Of a DNA stretch of 64,000 nt, positions 24,508-38,600 are shown in pieces. The notes beneath the pieces are model-generated. The model searched no databases, was not told the DNA's origin, and saw only the letters and a program-made list of their open reading frames with translations. Every line of letters begins with the position of its first letter. The first letter of the stretch is position 1. The stretch spans positions 144,196,899 to 144,260,898 of the forward strand of contig NC_057710.1 of the NCBI RefSeq assembly GCF_004010195.1. The letters run 5' to 3'. The translations under genes were made by a program, and so were the position numbers. Source of the stretch: Chiloscyllium plagiosum. Taxonomy: Eukaryota.

Positions 24508-24836
24508 ATAGAATTATAGAACCCCTACAGTGTGGAGACAGGCCCTTCGGCCCAACAAGTCCACACCAACCCTCCGAAGAGAATCCCATCCAAACCCCAA
24601 TCCTATTATTTGAAATCTACCCCTGACTGATGCACCTTATCTACATATCCCTGAACACTACGGGCAATTGAGCAGATCAATTCACCTGACCTGCACATCT
24701 TTGGATTGTGGGAGGAAGCCGAAGCACCCGGAGGAAACCCACACAGACACAGGGAGATTGTGCAAACTGCACACAGACAGTCGCCCGAGGCTGGAATCGA
24801 ACCCCCAGGTCCCTGGCGCTGTGAGGCAGCAACGCT
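24508..24836 (-). mobile_element. V-SINE
   Basis: B box, V-domain, (ATTCTAT)-type tail variant. Confidence 0.9.
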
Positions 24837-25697
24837 AGTGAAAGACCCTGAAGGCAGGTAATGCTTGCCTAATGATAGAAGAAAAAAAGTTTGTTGCTAA
24901 CATAAACGGTGGAAACTTGCCAACATTGTTTTCGAACAAGTGCTGGATCAGGTGGGTTTTAAACTCTAAACAAAGTCTCAAAAACTACATCCACTTGTAC
25001 CCACTTCTCAGCCTGTTGGCTATCACTGTGTAAAAAAAATTGTTTGAGGAACATGGTTTCCTTTTCATAAATCCATGTTGACAATGCATAGCATTAGATG
25101 TAATGGGCATGTTTATCTTCCCATTATTATTATGGACACATTTGTCTACACAAAATACATGGGGTCGGGATGATCTCATCTGCCTCTTTTGATGTTTAAT
25201 ACTTTAGGAATACTTAGTCATTAGGAGTAGCAAAATAAAAGTGTTCTCAACCAGTTATTTGTGAATAGCAAATTGTATTTCCAGCCAGCATGTGACATTT
25301 AACACGTTAGATCTACCAAACAAAAGTCCCTTTGATTTTCTATTAATGTCATGGTCACTATAAGCACTGCTGTCTAAGCTTCAGGATTGCCTTTGTATCC
25401 AAATGGATATATTCATTCTGTTAGAAACAGAATTATTTCTTCAAAGTAGTTTTAGTAGTATCAAAGTACAACATTAGCATGTGACAAATGTAGAGAGAGG
25501 ATTTCAGAAAGATCAATGTCTGAGCCACCAGTTTAAAACAGCTGAAAATATTAACATTGGCTAGTGTAAGCTAATTTCTTTGGTGCTGCAGTTTGGGTCA
25601 CACATATCGCAATGAGTATTTGTAAAATATAAACACGTATATTCAAACTAGGTGCTGCTCAATAAAAAATGGTCCCTTCAAATCCCACTGATGCTCA

Positions 25698-25989
25698 AGG
25701 GTGGCATAATGCCAGGGACCTGGGTTTAATTCCAGCCTTGGGCAATTTCTGTGTGGAATTTGCACAATCTCCACTTGAGTTTGTCTCCTATGGTCCAAGG
25801 ATGTGCAGATTAGTTGGATTGGCCATGCTAAATTACCCTTGGTGTCAGGGATGTGCAAGCTTGTTGGATTAGTTATGGGAAATGTCAGGTTATGGGGAGG
25901 GTGTGACATCTGGGAGGGATGCGCTCCAGAGGGTTGTTGTGGACACAATGGGTTGAATGGCCTGCTTCCACACTGTAAGCATTCTATAA
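25698..25989 (+). mobile_element. V-SINE, diverged
   Basis: GGGTTTAATTCC, GTGTGGAATTTGCACA, ATTGGCCATGCTAAATT. Confidence 0.8.
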
Positions 25990-26055
25990 TGGGATTTTGA
26001 CAGCAATGTTTAACAGTCTGATAAAGTGATGACACTTGTGGTTGGAATTTAATTA

Positions 26056-26352
26056 ATTAGATTAGTTTCCCTACTGTGTGGAAATAGGCCCTTTGGCCCA
26101 ACAAATCCACATTGACCATCCGAAAAGTAACCCACCCAGACCCATTCCCTTACCCCAACTAATGTACCTAACACTATGGGCAATTCACCTGGCCTGCATA
26201 TCTTTGGACTGTGGGAGGAAACCGGAGCAAACAGATGCAGACACTAGGAGAATGTGCAAATCCCACACAGACAGTCGCCTGAGGAGAGAATTGAACCCAG
26301 GAGCCTGGTGCTGTGAGGCAGCAGTGCTAACCACTGAGCCACTGTGCCATCC
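26056..26352 (-). mobile_element. V-SINE
   Basis: A/B boxes, V-domain, tail. Confidence 0.9.
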
Positions 26353-26449
26353 CAATTGCTTGGTGTCTTTTGAGACTATTCTATTCATATCTTTAATTCA
26401 ATCTTTTTAGTGATTGGTCTGTCTCTCTGCTCTGCATCTTAAAATTTAG

Positions 26450-26930
26450 GCCGGAATGCTAATCATATTTTGGCTGTGTCATCTTCTTAGAGGTTCATGA
26501 AGGGTTTCTCTCTGAGAGGCTCAGTGAGTTCTCTCACGCTATCATTCCCAAACTTGCCTCTTAAACCACTCCTCTCTTGTCCAATGCTAGTCTGATTGTC
26601 CAACCAGCCGTAGCCAGCATTATTTGCCACTACCTGGATATCCTGGAATAAACCAGCGTCTTTGGTGCTGGCACTGTTGCACACCCAAGGCAGCCCTTCA
26701 CAATGCCACATCGTCTTACAGCACACAGCAAATTGGCACTCTGCTATGTTGACAGTGACCCCAAGGCCCTGATAGACAGGATAGGACAAAGAAGGATCAC
26801 CCTCTTCCCAGAGGATCGCCAGACTGCTCCAAAGTCACCATTTAAGTCAGTGCAGCCTCTGTGGTGCAGAGGAACACCCAGCGGTGCAGGAAGAAGCTGA
26901 ATGATCTTGTCCATTCTGTCAGGGTAAGTG
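26450..26930 (+). mobile_element. Harbinger-type left end with Myb/SANT remnant
   Basis: Begins GGCCGGAAT; encodes DSDPKALIDRIGQRRITLFPED...QRCRKKLNDLVHSVR then AGG|GTAAGT. Confidence 0.65.
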
Positions 26931-27129
26931 TCTGTGTCTTCTCTCTGCTACCTGACACCAAGACTCTTGTTCTGCTACTCTCTCCAGTGCTTGTGGCAAC
27001 TTGCAATCTTACAGCAACTGCCGTAGAGCAGCCAAGCAACTGCCATGGAGCCAGAGAGCTAACTACCCGTCTAAAATCTTGCTCTCAAAGAAATTAGAAG
27101 ACACTCTCCAGTAAAGGTACCTTCTCATG

Positions 27130-27496
27130 TAAAACATACTCACAGTTACAAGTAAGAAGATGACCCAGGGAGATTAGCAGATGAAAGGTTGAAGACAGTG
27201 GAGAAGTCAAGAACTGTGTAGACGTGAGTTTAAGTTAATGTATTGTTTAATAAGTGTGTTATTGGAACAGCACGTTAATAAGATTGTGTTCAGTTAAGGA
27301 AAAAGTGCTTGGTTTATTAATAGTTTTGTTTAGTGTTCACTATTAGAATTAGGAAAATAAAGTGTTTTTTCTTTAAATAGTGGAAATTAGGAGTTCTCTG
27401 TCACTCCCTCATGTTTTAACAGATTACAAGGCAAGGCGAGCTTTACTGGGTGTTTGGTTTTAGTTAACAGAAGGGTTTGACCTCCACATCATAACA
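27130..27496 (+). mobile_element. Possible LTR 3' portion
   Basis: AATAAA at about 27357, T-rich U5-like segment, ends CATAACA. No partner LTR seen. Confidence 0.35.
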
Positions 27497-27992
27497 GTGC
27501 AAAGAGAGGCCATCCAGCCCATCATGTCTATACTGACCTTCTGAAGAGCATCCAATTTGTGAAGGATTTCATAACGAGAGGTCACACTTTCAGGGTGAAA
27601 GATGGAAAGTTTAAGGGGGATACACACAGCAAGTACTTCACACAGAAGGTGGTGGGCGTCTGGAATGCGTTGCCAGCAGAGGTGTTAGAGGCAGGCATGG
27701 TAGATTCATTTAAGATGCATCTGGATAGATGCATGAGTAGGTGGGGAGCAGAGGGATACTGATGCTTAGGAATTGGGCGACAGGTTTAGACAGTACATTT
27801 GGATCGGCTCAGGCTTGGAGGGATGAAGGGCCTGTTCCTGGGTTGTAAATTTTCTTTGTTCTTTGAAGGAAACCCAGAAAGACATAGGGAGAATGTGCAA
27901 ACTCTACCCAGACAATAACCAAAGGCTAGAATCAAACCCAGGTCCCTGGTGCTGTAAGGGAGCAGTGCTATCCACTGATCCACCGTGTCACC
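27497..27992 (-). mobile_element. V-SINE split by a CR1 3' end
   Basis: SINE tail at 27497-27555 and head at 27868-27992. Confidence 0.75.
27558..27865 (+). mobile_element. CR1 3' end
   Basis: TRGHTFRV..KYFTQKVVGVWNALP; (TTCTTTG)n tail. Confidence 0.88.
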
Positions 27993-28159
27993 CTCATTCA
28001 CAGTTACTCATCCTAAGCCCCTCACACTATTAGCCCTGCATGACCTCCGTGCTGCATAATCGCTCACTCAGGGCACTCATCACCTTTCCCCAACTTCACC
28101 CGCGCTAACAGCTGTGTTATCCACTTTCATACCACCACCTTTCCATTTCTAAAAAAAAA

Positions 28160-28745
28160 GAAGGCTAATAGGATACAATCCTTTATCATGAGATAAAACC
28201 GAACATAAAATAATGATATTATGCTCCAGTTATACTAGATATATCGTGACTACTGTGTGCACTTTTGCTCTCCTAATTTAAGAAAAAATGTAAATGCATT
28301 GCAGACAATTCAGAGGAGGCTTGTTAGAATGATACTTGGAATAAGCAAGTTTCTTATAATCATCTTTAGACAGGCTGGGCTTACTTCCACTTGATTGGAG
28401 TACATAAAGTTCTGAATGGTCTTCACAAGGTGGACATGGAGAGGATGTTTCCTCAGACCAAAACTAGAGGGCGATATTGTAAAATTACTGCTCATTATTT
28501 AGGGATAAGGAAACGTTTGTTCTCTCAAAGATTTGTGTAATGTTGGAACTCTCTGCTTCAGAAGACATTGGAGGAAGGGATCATTGGCTATTTTTAGAGC
28601 AACAATAGATGGATTCTTGCTAAGGGAGGAAATTAAACATAATTGGAGGAAGATGGGAATTTGGAATTTGATCAGCAATGATCTTATAGACTGGAAAAGT
28701 AGGCTTGGAGAGTCAAATGGTTTCCTTCTGTTCTTAATTTGTATG
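28160..28745 (+). mobile_element. Old CR1 3' part
   Basis: KKNVNALQTIQRRLVRMI, TRG, WNSL motifs and 3' UTR. Confidence 0.75.
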
Positions 28746-31700
28746 TCTTTCTGCTCTTTTCAGAAGCTGACAGGCTGGTTAATTACCACCCCTGTGTCCC
28801 ACATGGGATTAAGTGCACATTTAAGCATTCTGACCTGTCATAAGTTCAGCATGCAGCCCATCGGAATGGTAATAAATGTTGAACCATGGGCTGTACAGAT
28901 CCATAATGGAACTTGACTAAACACTTCAGTCTTCTCTTGAGGTCAGTTACAACAGAACCGTGCATTCTCCAGAGAATCATTTTTGGAAATTCTGTGACTT
29001 TCAGGATATGAGCAGGACAAAAGACGTCTTGCAGCATATTCTGAAACCAAGGGTGATCATTAGAACCAATTCAGAAATATCAGCTCTGAACAATGAGCGG
29101 GGGATTGAACGAACATCTGGGTTGCATATGCACTCTGTCACCAAGGCAACCAGAACTGGGTTGTAGTTCGCGCAAAATCCACATTTGGAAAGGCTTTTGC
29201 TCAAAGTAGTTATTCTTTGCAGTTACGTAATTTAGTTCAAACTGGAAAAAAGATCAATAATGTTTATGAGCAATACACTGCTCCATGTATTATTATTGCT
29301 GAGAATAACTGCAAAGGTATAGGCTTCAGACACAACCACAGTGACTTAAAATAGAAAATAAAGTAGTGAAAATCAGAAACAAAATGTTGGAAATGCGGAA
29401 CAGGTCATTCAACTTGAGAAAGATGCAGATGGGTTAAAATTTCAGAGGAGCCTGAATCACTGAAATTTGGAAGTTTCTATCAATGACATTCACTGTGACT
29501 TCAGAGAATGTTATTGCAGAGATACATCAAATGTCAAGCCAAGGCCTTTCGACAAGGCTTAGAATGAATTCCTAAGCTAGAAATGCAAGTTCGAGATTTC
29601 TTTAAATGTATAAGGTAAGGAAGTAGAGGTATCATATTGATAGGTTAATAATTTGGAGATATGATTTTAAATCCTATTTAGCAGCTCGAGGAATTTGAAC
29701 TTAACTTTTAACAATCTGGAAATTCAAAGAAAAACTGGTGGCCTAATAAGCACACAATCTGGTAAAGAACGGCCTAGGTCCGTGACTTATCATCATTAAA
29801 ATAAGGCATTAACTCCTGCCCATTTTGATCCCGACAGCTGAGCACCTGTGTTTGGGTTTAGGACTTGCTATTCTGAAAAATTCCTTTCCTCGTCTCCCTA
29901 GGAAAGGTACATACTCCTGAAGGAACTTAAAGGACCATCATCAGGAGATGTGCAGGCATTGACCAATAATCTCTCAACCTTCACCTCCACCGACCTCAGC
30001 TCCAGGTAAATATTGTAAAGTGTCTTGGAGACATTGGGATCCACTGCTGCCCTCAGGGAACATGATTTTCAATCCCAGCACCTCCAAAGACTGAAAATCT
30101 GACCCTCTATGTTTAGTCTATTGAAACCTATTGTAATTTTAAAGCTTCTGCTGCATATCATTTCAGGCTTCTCCTTTTGAGAGTAAAAAATCTCGACTGT
30201 TCATCCTATTCTGATCGTTCTAACCTCACAGCTGTAAATATATGGCCACTGTCAAGTTTGTTTATACTTAGCATTTTTTGCAAATAAATGTTTATAAAAC
30301 CCATTTCCACTAAATGACAGAGTATTACAATTGTCAGTCTAGAGAGCAAATCCATCCAATTTTCTGAGACTTACTTAAGCCCAAAGATGTTCAGCCAGTA
30401 AATATAATACGGATCTTGATATATATTCCAGAGTTCACACTATTTAAGATATTAAAGATTTATGCTTCTAGCTCTTAGGTCTCCATAAGGTTATGACTGA
30501 AGGAGTATATTGGTAGCTGATAGTATTGCTGGTGCAAAGCTGAATCACTAGGGCCAGTTTTCATCTCCTTATTGCCCTATTTGAGGTCAAAATGGAACAG
30601 TAGTAGGCAGAAAATAAAATGGCTGTTTGTCACACCCATTTACCATTGCTTTTACAGCTGGTCAGAATTACCATGGAATATCAATCCTAGCAGCCTGAGC
30701 TCTCAACTGAAAATAATTAAATTTAAACTGGGGTCAATTGAAGGCACTGTGGTGTTGACATTATTTCTTGCCTTAACCAACTGCATGGGTCTGGGCATAC
30801 TAACCACTCTATTTATAAGGAGCCTTGCCTGATTTTATGTATAGCTGTATTGAACCGCTGGAGTTATTTTGTTTGCAATAAACTGTGTTATGTTGATAGT
30901 GGTTTGTTGCCTGTTAGTTTGTAGTTACAAGTTACATCAATATGATAGGCTTTGTCAGAGAGATATACAAATGACCTAGGTGTTAGGTCTCACTCTTCTG
31001 AGATCCTCAGCTATACTGCACTTAAGTCTATAGGATGTCACTACGATGGGTGGTGCTTATGGTACTCTTCACTATTAACACTTCAGACTCTTTCAAACCC
31101 ATGCACTACATCTCTCCCAAGCTCTTTGTTTCCCATTACCACTATTACACATTTGTTTACATAATTGCATTTAACAGGATCCATCTCTGGCCCGCAAGTC
31201 CCTAACCTTACAAATTGAGGAGATCTGGAAGTTCCATCAGACTTGGAAGACTGAGTGAAAGAGCTTCATAGCTCCCTTGAATCTTAACCTTCCTCAATGG
31301 GTTCTTTTCAATAAAGGATTGGTGGATGGCTGATCCACAATGGGATGAGGTTCCCATGATTCCATTGACTCTACAAATGTGGAATGCTTAATGATGCTTG
31401 TCCTCTCATGTTAGGATCCATTACTGATTCTTGGTGCCCCTGACTCAAATGCATCAACTGTCTCACGTAAAGTTGCATATTATACTGTATGACCTTCTAC
31501 ATATAATTGACCCACTCCTTCTTACATGCATCTTCGTAGTCCATGGGCTGAGGAGCTCTCTACCCATCAGTACAAGAGTCAATTGGATTGAGGTGGATCT
31601 GTAACTCAGCAGTATAGTATTGAAGTCAACAGGTTTCTTCGGGAATACTTTGACTGTCCAGACCTCATGCTCGTTGTTCTCATTTGATTGTCTGTATCTT

Positions 31701-31864
31701 GGGCTGGGGTGCCTTGTTTAATTCCTGACCTGGTTGAAGCACTCATTGGTAAAATATGGTCCATTTTCTGAAACAATCACCTCAGTGATACAATGGGTGG
31801 AGTCTTATAGGGGGTCTGAGCAGCGTGGGCTGTGGCGAGATTTGTGGTAAAATCACAATATTGA

Positions 31865-32152
31865 ATGGCACAGTGGCTCAGTGACTAGCACTGCTGCCTC
31901 ACAGCACCAGGGACCTGGGTTCAATTCCTACCTTGAGCGACTGTCTGTGTGGAGTTTGTGCATTCTCCCCGTGTCTGCGTGGGTTTCCTCCAGGTGCTCC
32001 GGTTTCCTCCCACAGTCCAAAGATGTGCAGGACTGATAAATTGGCCATGTAGCGGAATGGGTTTGGGTGGGTTACTCTTCAGAGGGTCGGTGTGGACATG
32101 TTAGGCTGAAGGGCCTGTTTCCATACTGGAAGTAATCGAATCTAATCTAATC
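31865..32152 (+). mobile_element. V-SINE
   Basis: A/B boxes, V-domain, (AATCT)n. Confidence 0.92.
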
Positions 32153-33691
32153 ACACCAGTAGTCTGGCAGGACTGAGCTTGACATCAGAAGCATCTCACA
32201 AGCTACATGGTGAGGTTTCACACGAGGCAGCGACAAGTTGTCAGAATAGAAAGATTGTTACGTGTTCGATGCCTTGTTGACAACCCAGCTCACCTCATTA
32301 TCATTTAGCTTCCTGTTGTACCGAAACTTCCCAACAAGCGAGATATTGAGAAAACCTGAGAGGGAAGCCATAGAATGGACCAGGAATTTGCAGCTCACCG
32401 CTTACTCTGCCCAACCTCCATGCTGCAGTCAATCAAACTGCATCTCGGGGCATGATCTACAAGCACCATCCCCTCACATCATTCATCCATTGACACCATA
32501 GGCATCTGTCAATCCATCAGTGCCATCCATCTGACACGTGCAGGCCCCATGGGAAATGCAGACTCAAATCATTGGATGCACTGGAAATTAATATTGGACA
32601 TCTTCAGCAAGGTCACTTTGTGAACAGGGACAGCACCCTCCCCTGCCCTCAACCCTAGCTGGATCAGGCTGCATCTCAGGGCTGCTCACTTGGTCTCTCA
32701 GCTTTCTCTCACTTAGTGCTTATGTGGTTACCTATCCGGTCATACTGTGCTACACGTTTGTGTCTCAGCCGGCACCAAAGGCAATCAATTCTGCTGTATT
32801 GAAGAGCTCTTTAGAATACATATAACAGCCAGGATGCTTGTCACACATGTAGGGATGGATCTGTCTCGGGTGCAGGGAGTAAATGATGAGATAATTCATT
32901 AGGATGAACAGCAAACCGAGGTATCGATCAAACGCCTACAGCATTTGCTGGCTGTCTGTGTGGCAGATATCCTTTCAACCAAATCACCATTTTGGAAACA
33001 AGATGGAGGTTAGTTTTCGGTCCCAATCACAAGGGTCTCAGTACATGGCATAGTGCCCACACAGTCCAGGGGCTTCACCATAGTCGGTGGTCCACTTGGG
33101 ATGCTCCTGGTCTGAGGATCTGTTTTAGTACAGGCCCGGGGTGGTCAACCATTAGTCCTGTAGGGCCAGCAGCAAAAATCAAGGAAGTCATGTAGGTTCA
33201 GTTGGGAAGATACAAACACAACACGACTGTGATGAGGAGAAACTCAAAGCTTTTGGAGGGTTATCTGGAACAGCATTGAAAGGCATGGAAGAGAATGGGA
33301 GCGTAGACTATGAGCAGTGACCACCACTGATGACAGGATGAACACTGAGGAGCCCAAGATGGGCATTATTAGGGTTCAGGTGGCAGGGAGGATAGTTGAA
33401 GGTGAAAGTCAATGTTCTCCATTTTGATGGGACTTAGTTGAAAATGAACTATTGGGGTAGTGCAAGGTATTAGAGGAAATGGGGGCTGCCTGGTGCTGAC
33501 AGTGTTCAGCACAAGCTCCCTGCTGTATTATAGATACAAACTGTTTCTCATATATGGTTGGAACAATGCCAAGGACGAGCAGTGTAGATGTCAGTTTGAT
33601 GGTTGGGATCTATGGTTGTTGGATGTTCAAACATTGTAGCAACAAATACATGAATCAGCCATTTGCAAACCCCAGCTACATTTGATCTGCA

Positions 33692-33970
33692 ATAGATTAG
33701 ATTACCTACACTTTGGAAACAGGCCCTTCAGCCCAACAAGTTCACACTGACCCTCAGAAGAGTAACCCACCCAGACCCATTCTTCTAAACACTATGGACA
33801 ATTTAGCACAACCAATTCACCTGACCTGCACATCTTTGGATTGTGGGTGGAAACCCGCGCTGACACAGGGAGAATGTGCAAACTCCACACAGACAGTCAC
33901 CCGAGGTGGAAATCGAACCCAGGTCCCTGGCGCTGCGAGGCAGCAGTGCTAACCACTGAGCCATCATGCC
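33692..33970 (-). mobile_element. V-SINE
   Basis: A/B boxes, V-domain, tail. Confidence 0.9.
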
Positions 33971-35478
33971 AGCCCCGCTTACAAATGAACTTTGCTTTCT
34001 GTATATAAAAGGCCATGATGGGATTTGTCTAATTGCTTGCCTGTCAATAATGTTCACCTTCTGAACAATGACAAACTGTAGGTCTACAGCGAGCATTGGA
34101 GACAGGATAGCACTGACTTAGAGTGGGTGGGTGTTCAGACAGGATGTTGTAACCCGTGGCTGGGGTGAGTAAATGGTGCTGTAAGCGCGAGGGAGTGTCA
34201 GCCATGGGTACTGTGGCTTTGTGGCTGCTCTGGCATTGCTAGTGAGGGACAATAACAGATTGCCAACACTTGTACACAATAGAAGATGATGAGGGCAGAA
34301 GGAATGCTGGTCGTTTTCCAGATATCCATTAAATGACAAGTTCTTCCGGGAATACGTGTATCAAGTTGGGATTGGAATTGGATGTGACAGACACCACAGG
34401 TGTGGTATAGGCAGTTAATACGAGTGAGTTTGTTAAGAGAACTCACTCGGTCCTCCAGTGGAAAACCATCCAAAAAATATCACCCACCTCAAGCTTCACC
34501 AAATAAACATAAGGTTCAGTCCCGAGTGCTGCAAAGATCTCATGCAAGACTTGAATAAAGGCATTCATAGTCCTGCTATGCAACTTCTTAAACATTATCC
34601 ATTGTGAGAAATAATTGATATCAAGGAAGTAAGGTTTCACATCAAAATTGATTGGATTTGTGCCCACATGTTTGCATGGTCTGGGAGGGAATCTGGTGTG
34701 TATCAGTGGCTTATGTTGCTCTTAGCTATGAATGGCACTTGTTTCATTTCAGTACATGGAATCTTCCTGGGTGTACAGAGGCATAGTAAGTTATCATATT
34801 TCTTCAGTGTGATGCTGCATTCATTCAGTGTCTAGCCTTCCGAACCCATTAAATAGTTTGAGGTATTCCTGTTCAAAGGACTCTTTAACTTTTGCTCTTT
34901 AATGTCTTCGACTATTTGAAGAAGGTCAAGGGTATGTGTTTCTATTCAATTTGCAATATTGAAGTACAGGATGTACATATGTGTTTGCTAGTATTTGGAT
35001 CTTTAATATTGGAGAGTTGCTCAGAGAATACGTTTAATATAATTTGCTATGCCTCTTAGCCCATGAGTCGCACTGTCAGCTTTAGACAGTATTCCTCAAC
35101 ACTATTTGATAACATAGTGGCATTTGCCCCAGAATCTAACTTGATTTGAGAGTAAATCAATGACCTAACTGTCAGCTTGCCAAAATGTAAGGCCTGGGTC
35201 TCTTATTTCTCTGAGGAAAAAATTAGGTTTGTCTCTTTATTCATGCTTGTTCTACCACATCAATTCCTTTTTGTGGGTAGCTATTTGATTTCTTACTTTC
35301 CTGAAACTGTCCAACTTCTACACATTTCTGAGAATTATCTCTTGAGTGACATATAAAATGTTTATGTTTAATTGCTGGTGTTGTCTGTATCTATAAGAGT
35401 TTTTTTTTGCTCCACAGTACTGACAGAGTTTTGGAGTCCAGTGTTTGTTCTACTCTGATTTGACTTGTTTGTGGATTT

Positions 35479-35669
35479 TTAGATTAGATGGTCATTTCAC
35501 CTGACCTGCACATCTTTGGACTGTGCGAGGAAACCAGAGCACCCGGAGGAAACCCACGCAGACACGGGGAGAATGTGTAAACTCCACACAGACAGTCGCC
35601 CGAGGCTGGAATCAAACCTGGGACCTTGATGCTGTGAGGCAGCAGTGCTAACCACTGAGCCACCGTGCC
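35479..35669 (-). mobile_element. V-SINE, internally deleted
   Basis: Head and V-domain joined almost directly to the tail repeat. Confidence 0.88.
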
Positions 35670-38600
35670 ACCTTTTGTATCTTAAGAATTGGATGGACTC
35701 TGCTGATCTGCTGTGGCAAGTCTGATTTCCTTTTATAATTGATATATGCCGCTTCCAGACTTTCACCTCAATTCACCATCTGAATGGCTTTCTTGAGATT
35801 TGGAGCTTCTTTGGACTGTAACAGATCTGACAAAAGACTCAACAGCAATCCCAACGACTCTACTGCGTCTGTTATGACTTCTGACTTTAAATCACCATTG
35901 TTGCATTTTTTCACTGTTAGGTTTGTTATAGCAAAATTAATAAAACTTGAATTTAGGCTCTAGTCAATCAAATTTAGAAGCAAGTCAATCAAATTTATTA
36001 AATCAAAAGCTTTTGGGAAAAGCAGCGTGATTCTCAGCATAACCACGGGACTTGACCATGCCGTCTCTCTCTGAACAACAAGTACAGTGGTTTTTATACT
36101 TTGGATGACATATATAACAAGAACTTTGTGAAGGTTGTGTTCTGTGCAAGTGCATGCAAAGACCGCTGCTTCCAGGAATGGCGTATCACGCGCTGAATTC
36201 TGCAAGTATTTCTTCTTCAGTTAGTTTCTGTTTTTAAGTTCATTAATGAAACCATTGATTTCCCACAATGTACAACACCTTTATTTGTCGTGAGATTAAA
36301 GGAATTGTCAAAGGCTTTCAGTATTTCTACAAAAGTACCGTTGCTTCTTTTAAACATAGGTGAGTGAAAGCATTATCAGCTATTCTCCTCAGTGTTTTTA
36401 GAAGTGTATTTGTTTGTTCAACTTCTGGTTTAGTATCGGATTTGGTATCTGTATCTTGAGACTTGTTTCCTCCACGATGCAAAATTCTGTATTCTATTTT
36501 GGCCATCTCTAAAATTAAATCTTCCTGACAATAATATTTCGGAAACCATGTCTCCCCAATATGACCTTTTATTTTTCTGGTTTAAAACTCTATTATTTTG
36601 CAGTAAGTAATGCTGCTACTCCACACTGCTGTACTGGACGGTTTTCCCACAAATTGCTGCTAAAATGAATGATTCCACATTCGTGAAGCTGGAAAGGATA
36701 CTTTTCACCTTTAAAAGTGAAAATGGATAATTCCACTCTTTGTTGTACAAATTTATGGTCATAAGAAACAATTCCCATTTCCTCAGCTTGACTGAATGAA
36801 CCTTATTGCATGAGATTTAATAAGTGATATCTACCTTAAATAACTGTTTTACTAAATGACTTTTTTTCCCATTGGCAGCTGTAAGAGATGAATCCTGTTC
36901 TTTTTTTCTGGGTGATTTCCCACTATCTGTAGCTCTAGTAAAATTCTGCATTTCTTTCATGGTTTCTTCCTGGATAATCCCTGTTCATCAATTTAACCAA
37001 ATACTTCCTGTCTTGAACACAGCTTTAATAAAGGCTGTTCCGCCTTTTCTGTAACGTTAATAAAGTCACCTAACTTTCTTCTTCAAACAAACCAGAAATG
37101 CTTAAGCTTCTAATTTGTCCCTTTATCCCTTTAATTCTTGCTTCACAACATTCCCAGGGTTACAACTTTGAATTAAGCTGCTTCTGTGGTGTGCGATTTC
37201 CTCTGCTATGTGGTGCCCACTTGCTTATGGTGATGACGCTTGATCTGAGCTGTAAGTACTTTCCTGACTATTTGGTTTCCCTGCAATTATTTGATAAATT
37301 TTCCTTTGTCCACTGGGAATTTTAATTTTACATATGAAGCTTCTGATGTGTGTTCTCTTGCTAGCTTAACCCCAGCTTGGGACCACTCCTACAGATCAGA
37401 ACCGTGTCAGCTGTGGAGCAACCAATTCTCCTTCTGGGAGTTCCTAACTCTCCTGCTGAGGTGTATCACTTACCAGATCTGAAATGTCCCACTAATTGTT
37501 AACCCTGCCTTGTTGAATCTTGTCACAAATGGTTCTTCTGTATAAAATGTTCAGCTCTTCTCTGCCCGTTAACTGTCTACAGAACCCGCCTGCTGATCGT
37601 TGAGTATGAAAGTCCTGAATAAATCTTCAGACCCCCCCCCCTCCCCCCGCAACCGCTCACCATGTTGTGTGAGGCAGCAAACTGAAGTCTGCACTGCTGC
37701 TCACCACACTGCAGGCTTGTTGTCACCATCCTTTTGAGAGCAAGGGTCTAGTGTGGGAGAGGAAAACCACATAGCGACCTATCCAGCACTGTCCGTGGTG
37801 ATTATCAAAATCAATTTTAATGTGCATACTCAACTAGTTACAAGTTACATCAATGCAGCAGCTATTGCTCCAGCAATTCTAAGGTGGACCTGGATGTTTG
37901 GTCTTACTCTTCCAAGCTTGTTTGCTGTTCTGTCCACATGTCCATATGACATTATCACGGATGGTGCTATTTATAGCACTCCTCAAAACTAATCCGTGCA
38001 GAGCAATATATAATAGTTTGTGTTTTTATTCTTTAAAGAATTTTAAAGAGTTTGCAGCTACTGCTGTGGGTTTTGAACCATTGAGGAGGCCTGGCATGAA
38101 GGCCCTTCTATATTATTTGCTGTCAAGAGTAAGGGGAGGAGGAACGGGAGCTAATGTTGACGGAGTGATAGTAGATTAAATAGAAGGAAGTGTGTTTGTC
38201 AGAATCCGACGACTTCGGTGGCAGTGATAGACGGTGAATAACAGACCGAGACATCTCTAAGCACCAGAGCGTAAGAAGGCCTCAACGTTCCAGAACAGCA
38301 GTTGCGAAGCTGTGTCCTGTCCTGCTGGAAGACTGACAGTTAAATGGCAGGGCTAGCACACCACTGTCTGATGTAGGTTCAAGCTTCTTTATTTTCAGTT
38401 CCTCCCAGACCAACACTGAGAATAGCAGCGTCATCAGTCACATTCAGTTCACACTTGGTTAAGTGGGTGACTGATGCAGTGTTTGCTGGATTCATCACTT
38501 GCTCTATAAATATCACGTACCTATCTAGATTATGCATTGGTGGCAGAATCCCTCTAGGTTTGGGGTGCCACTCTGTGTAGTCTTTGACAGCTTCTGTAAC

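Larger units (their letters stand above)
31795..34523. mobile_element. Putative Harbinger-type DNA transposon nested in the Gypsy integrase
   Basis: Imperfect inverted ends GGGTGGAGTCTTA / GGGACTGAACCTTA; removing it rejoins the integrase. No TSD or transposase resolved. Confidence 0.45.
30920..38010 (-). mobile_element. Ancient Gypsy LTR retrotransposon with nested insertions
   Basis: LTR homology between 30920-31110 and about 37835-38010 (shared TAGTTACAAGTTACATCAAT); PPT 31111-31120 next to TGTAGTG; integrase remnants at 34525-34710 and 31545-31794; FKVD protease-like motif at about 36830; ADSATHGL RNase H-like motif at about 35070. Confidence 0.7.

Noticed and set aside
37465-37650. Minus-strand CTG|GTAAGT donor and a G-rich tract resembling a retroviral PPT before TGAAGA
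   Set aside because: It lies inside the inferred Gypsy gag/leader region; the frame I translated has a stop and no matching LTR was found.
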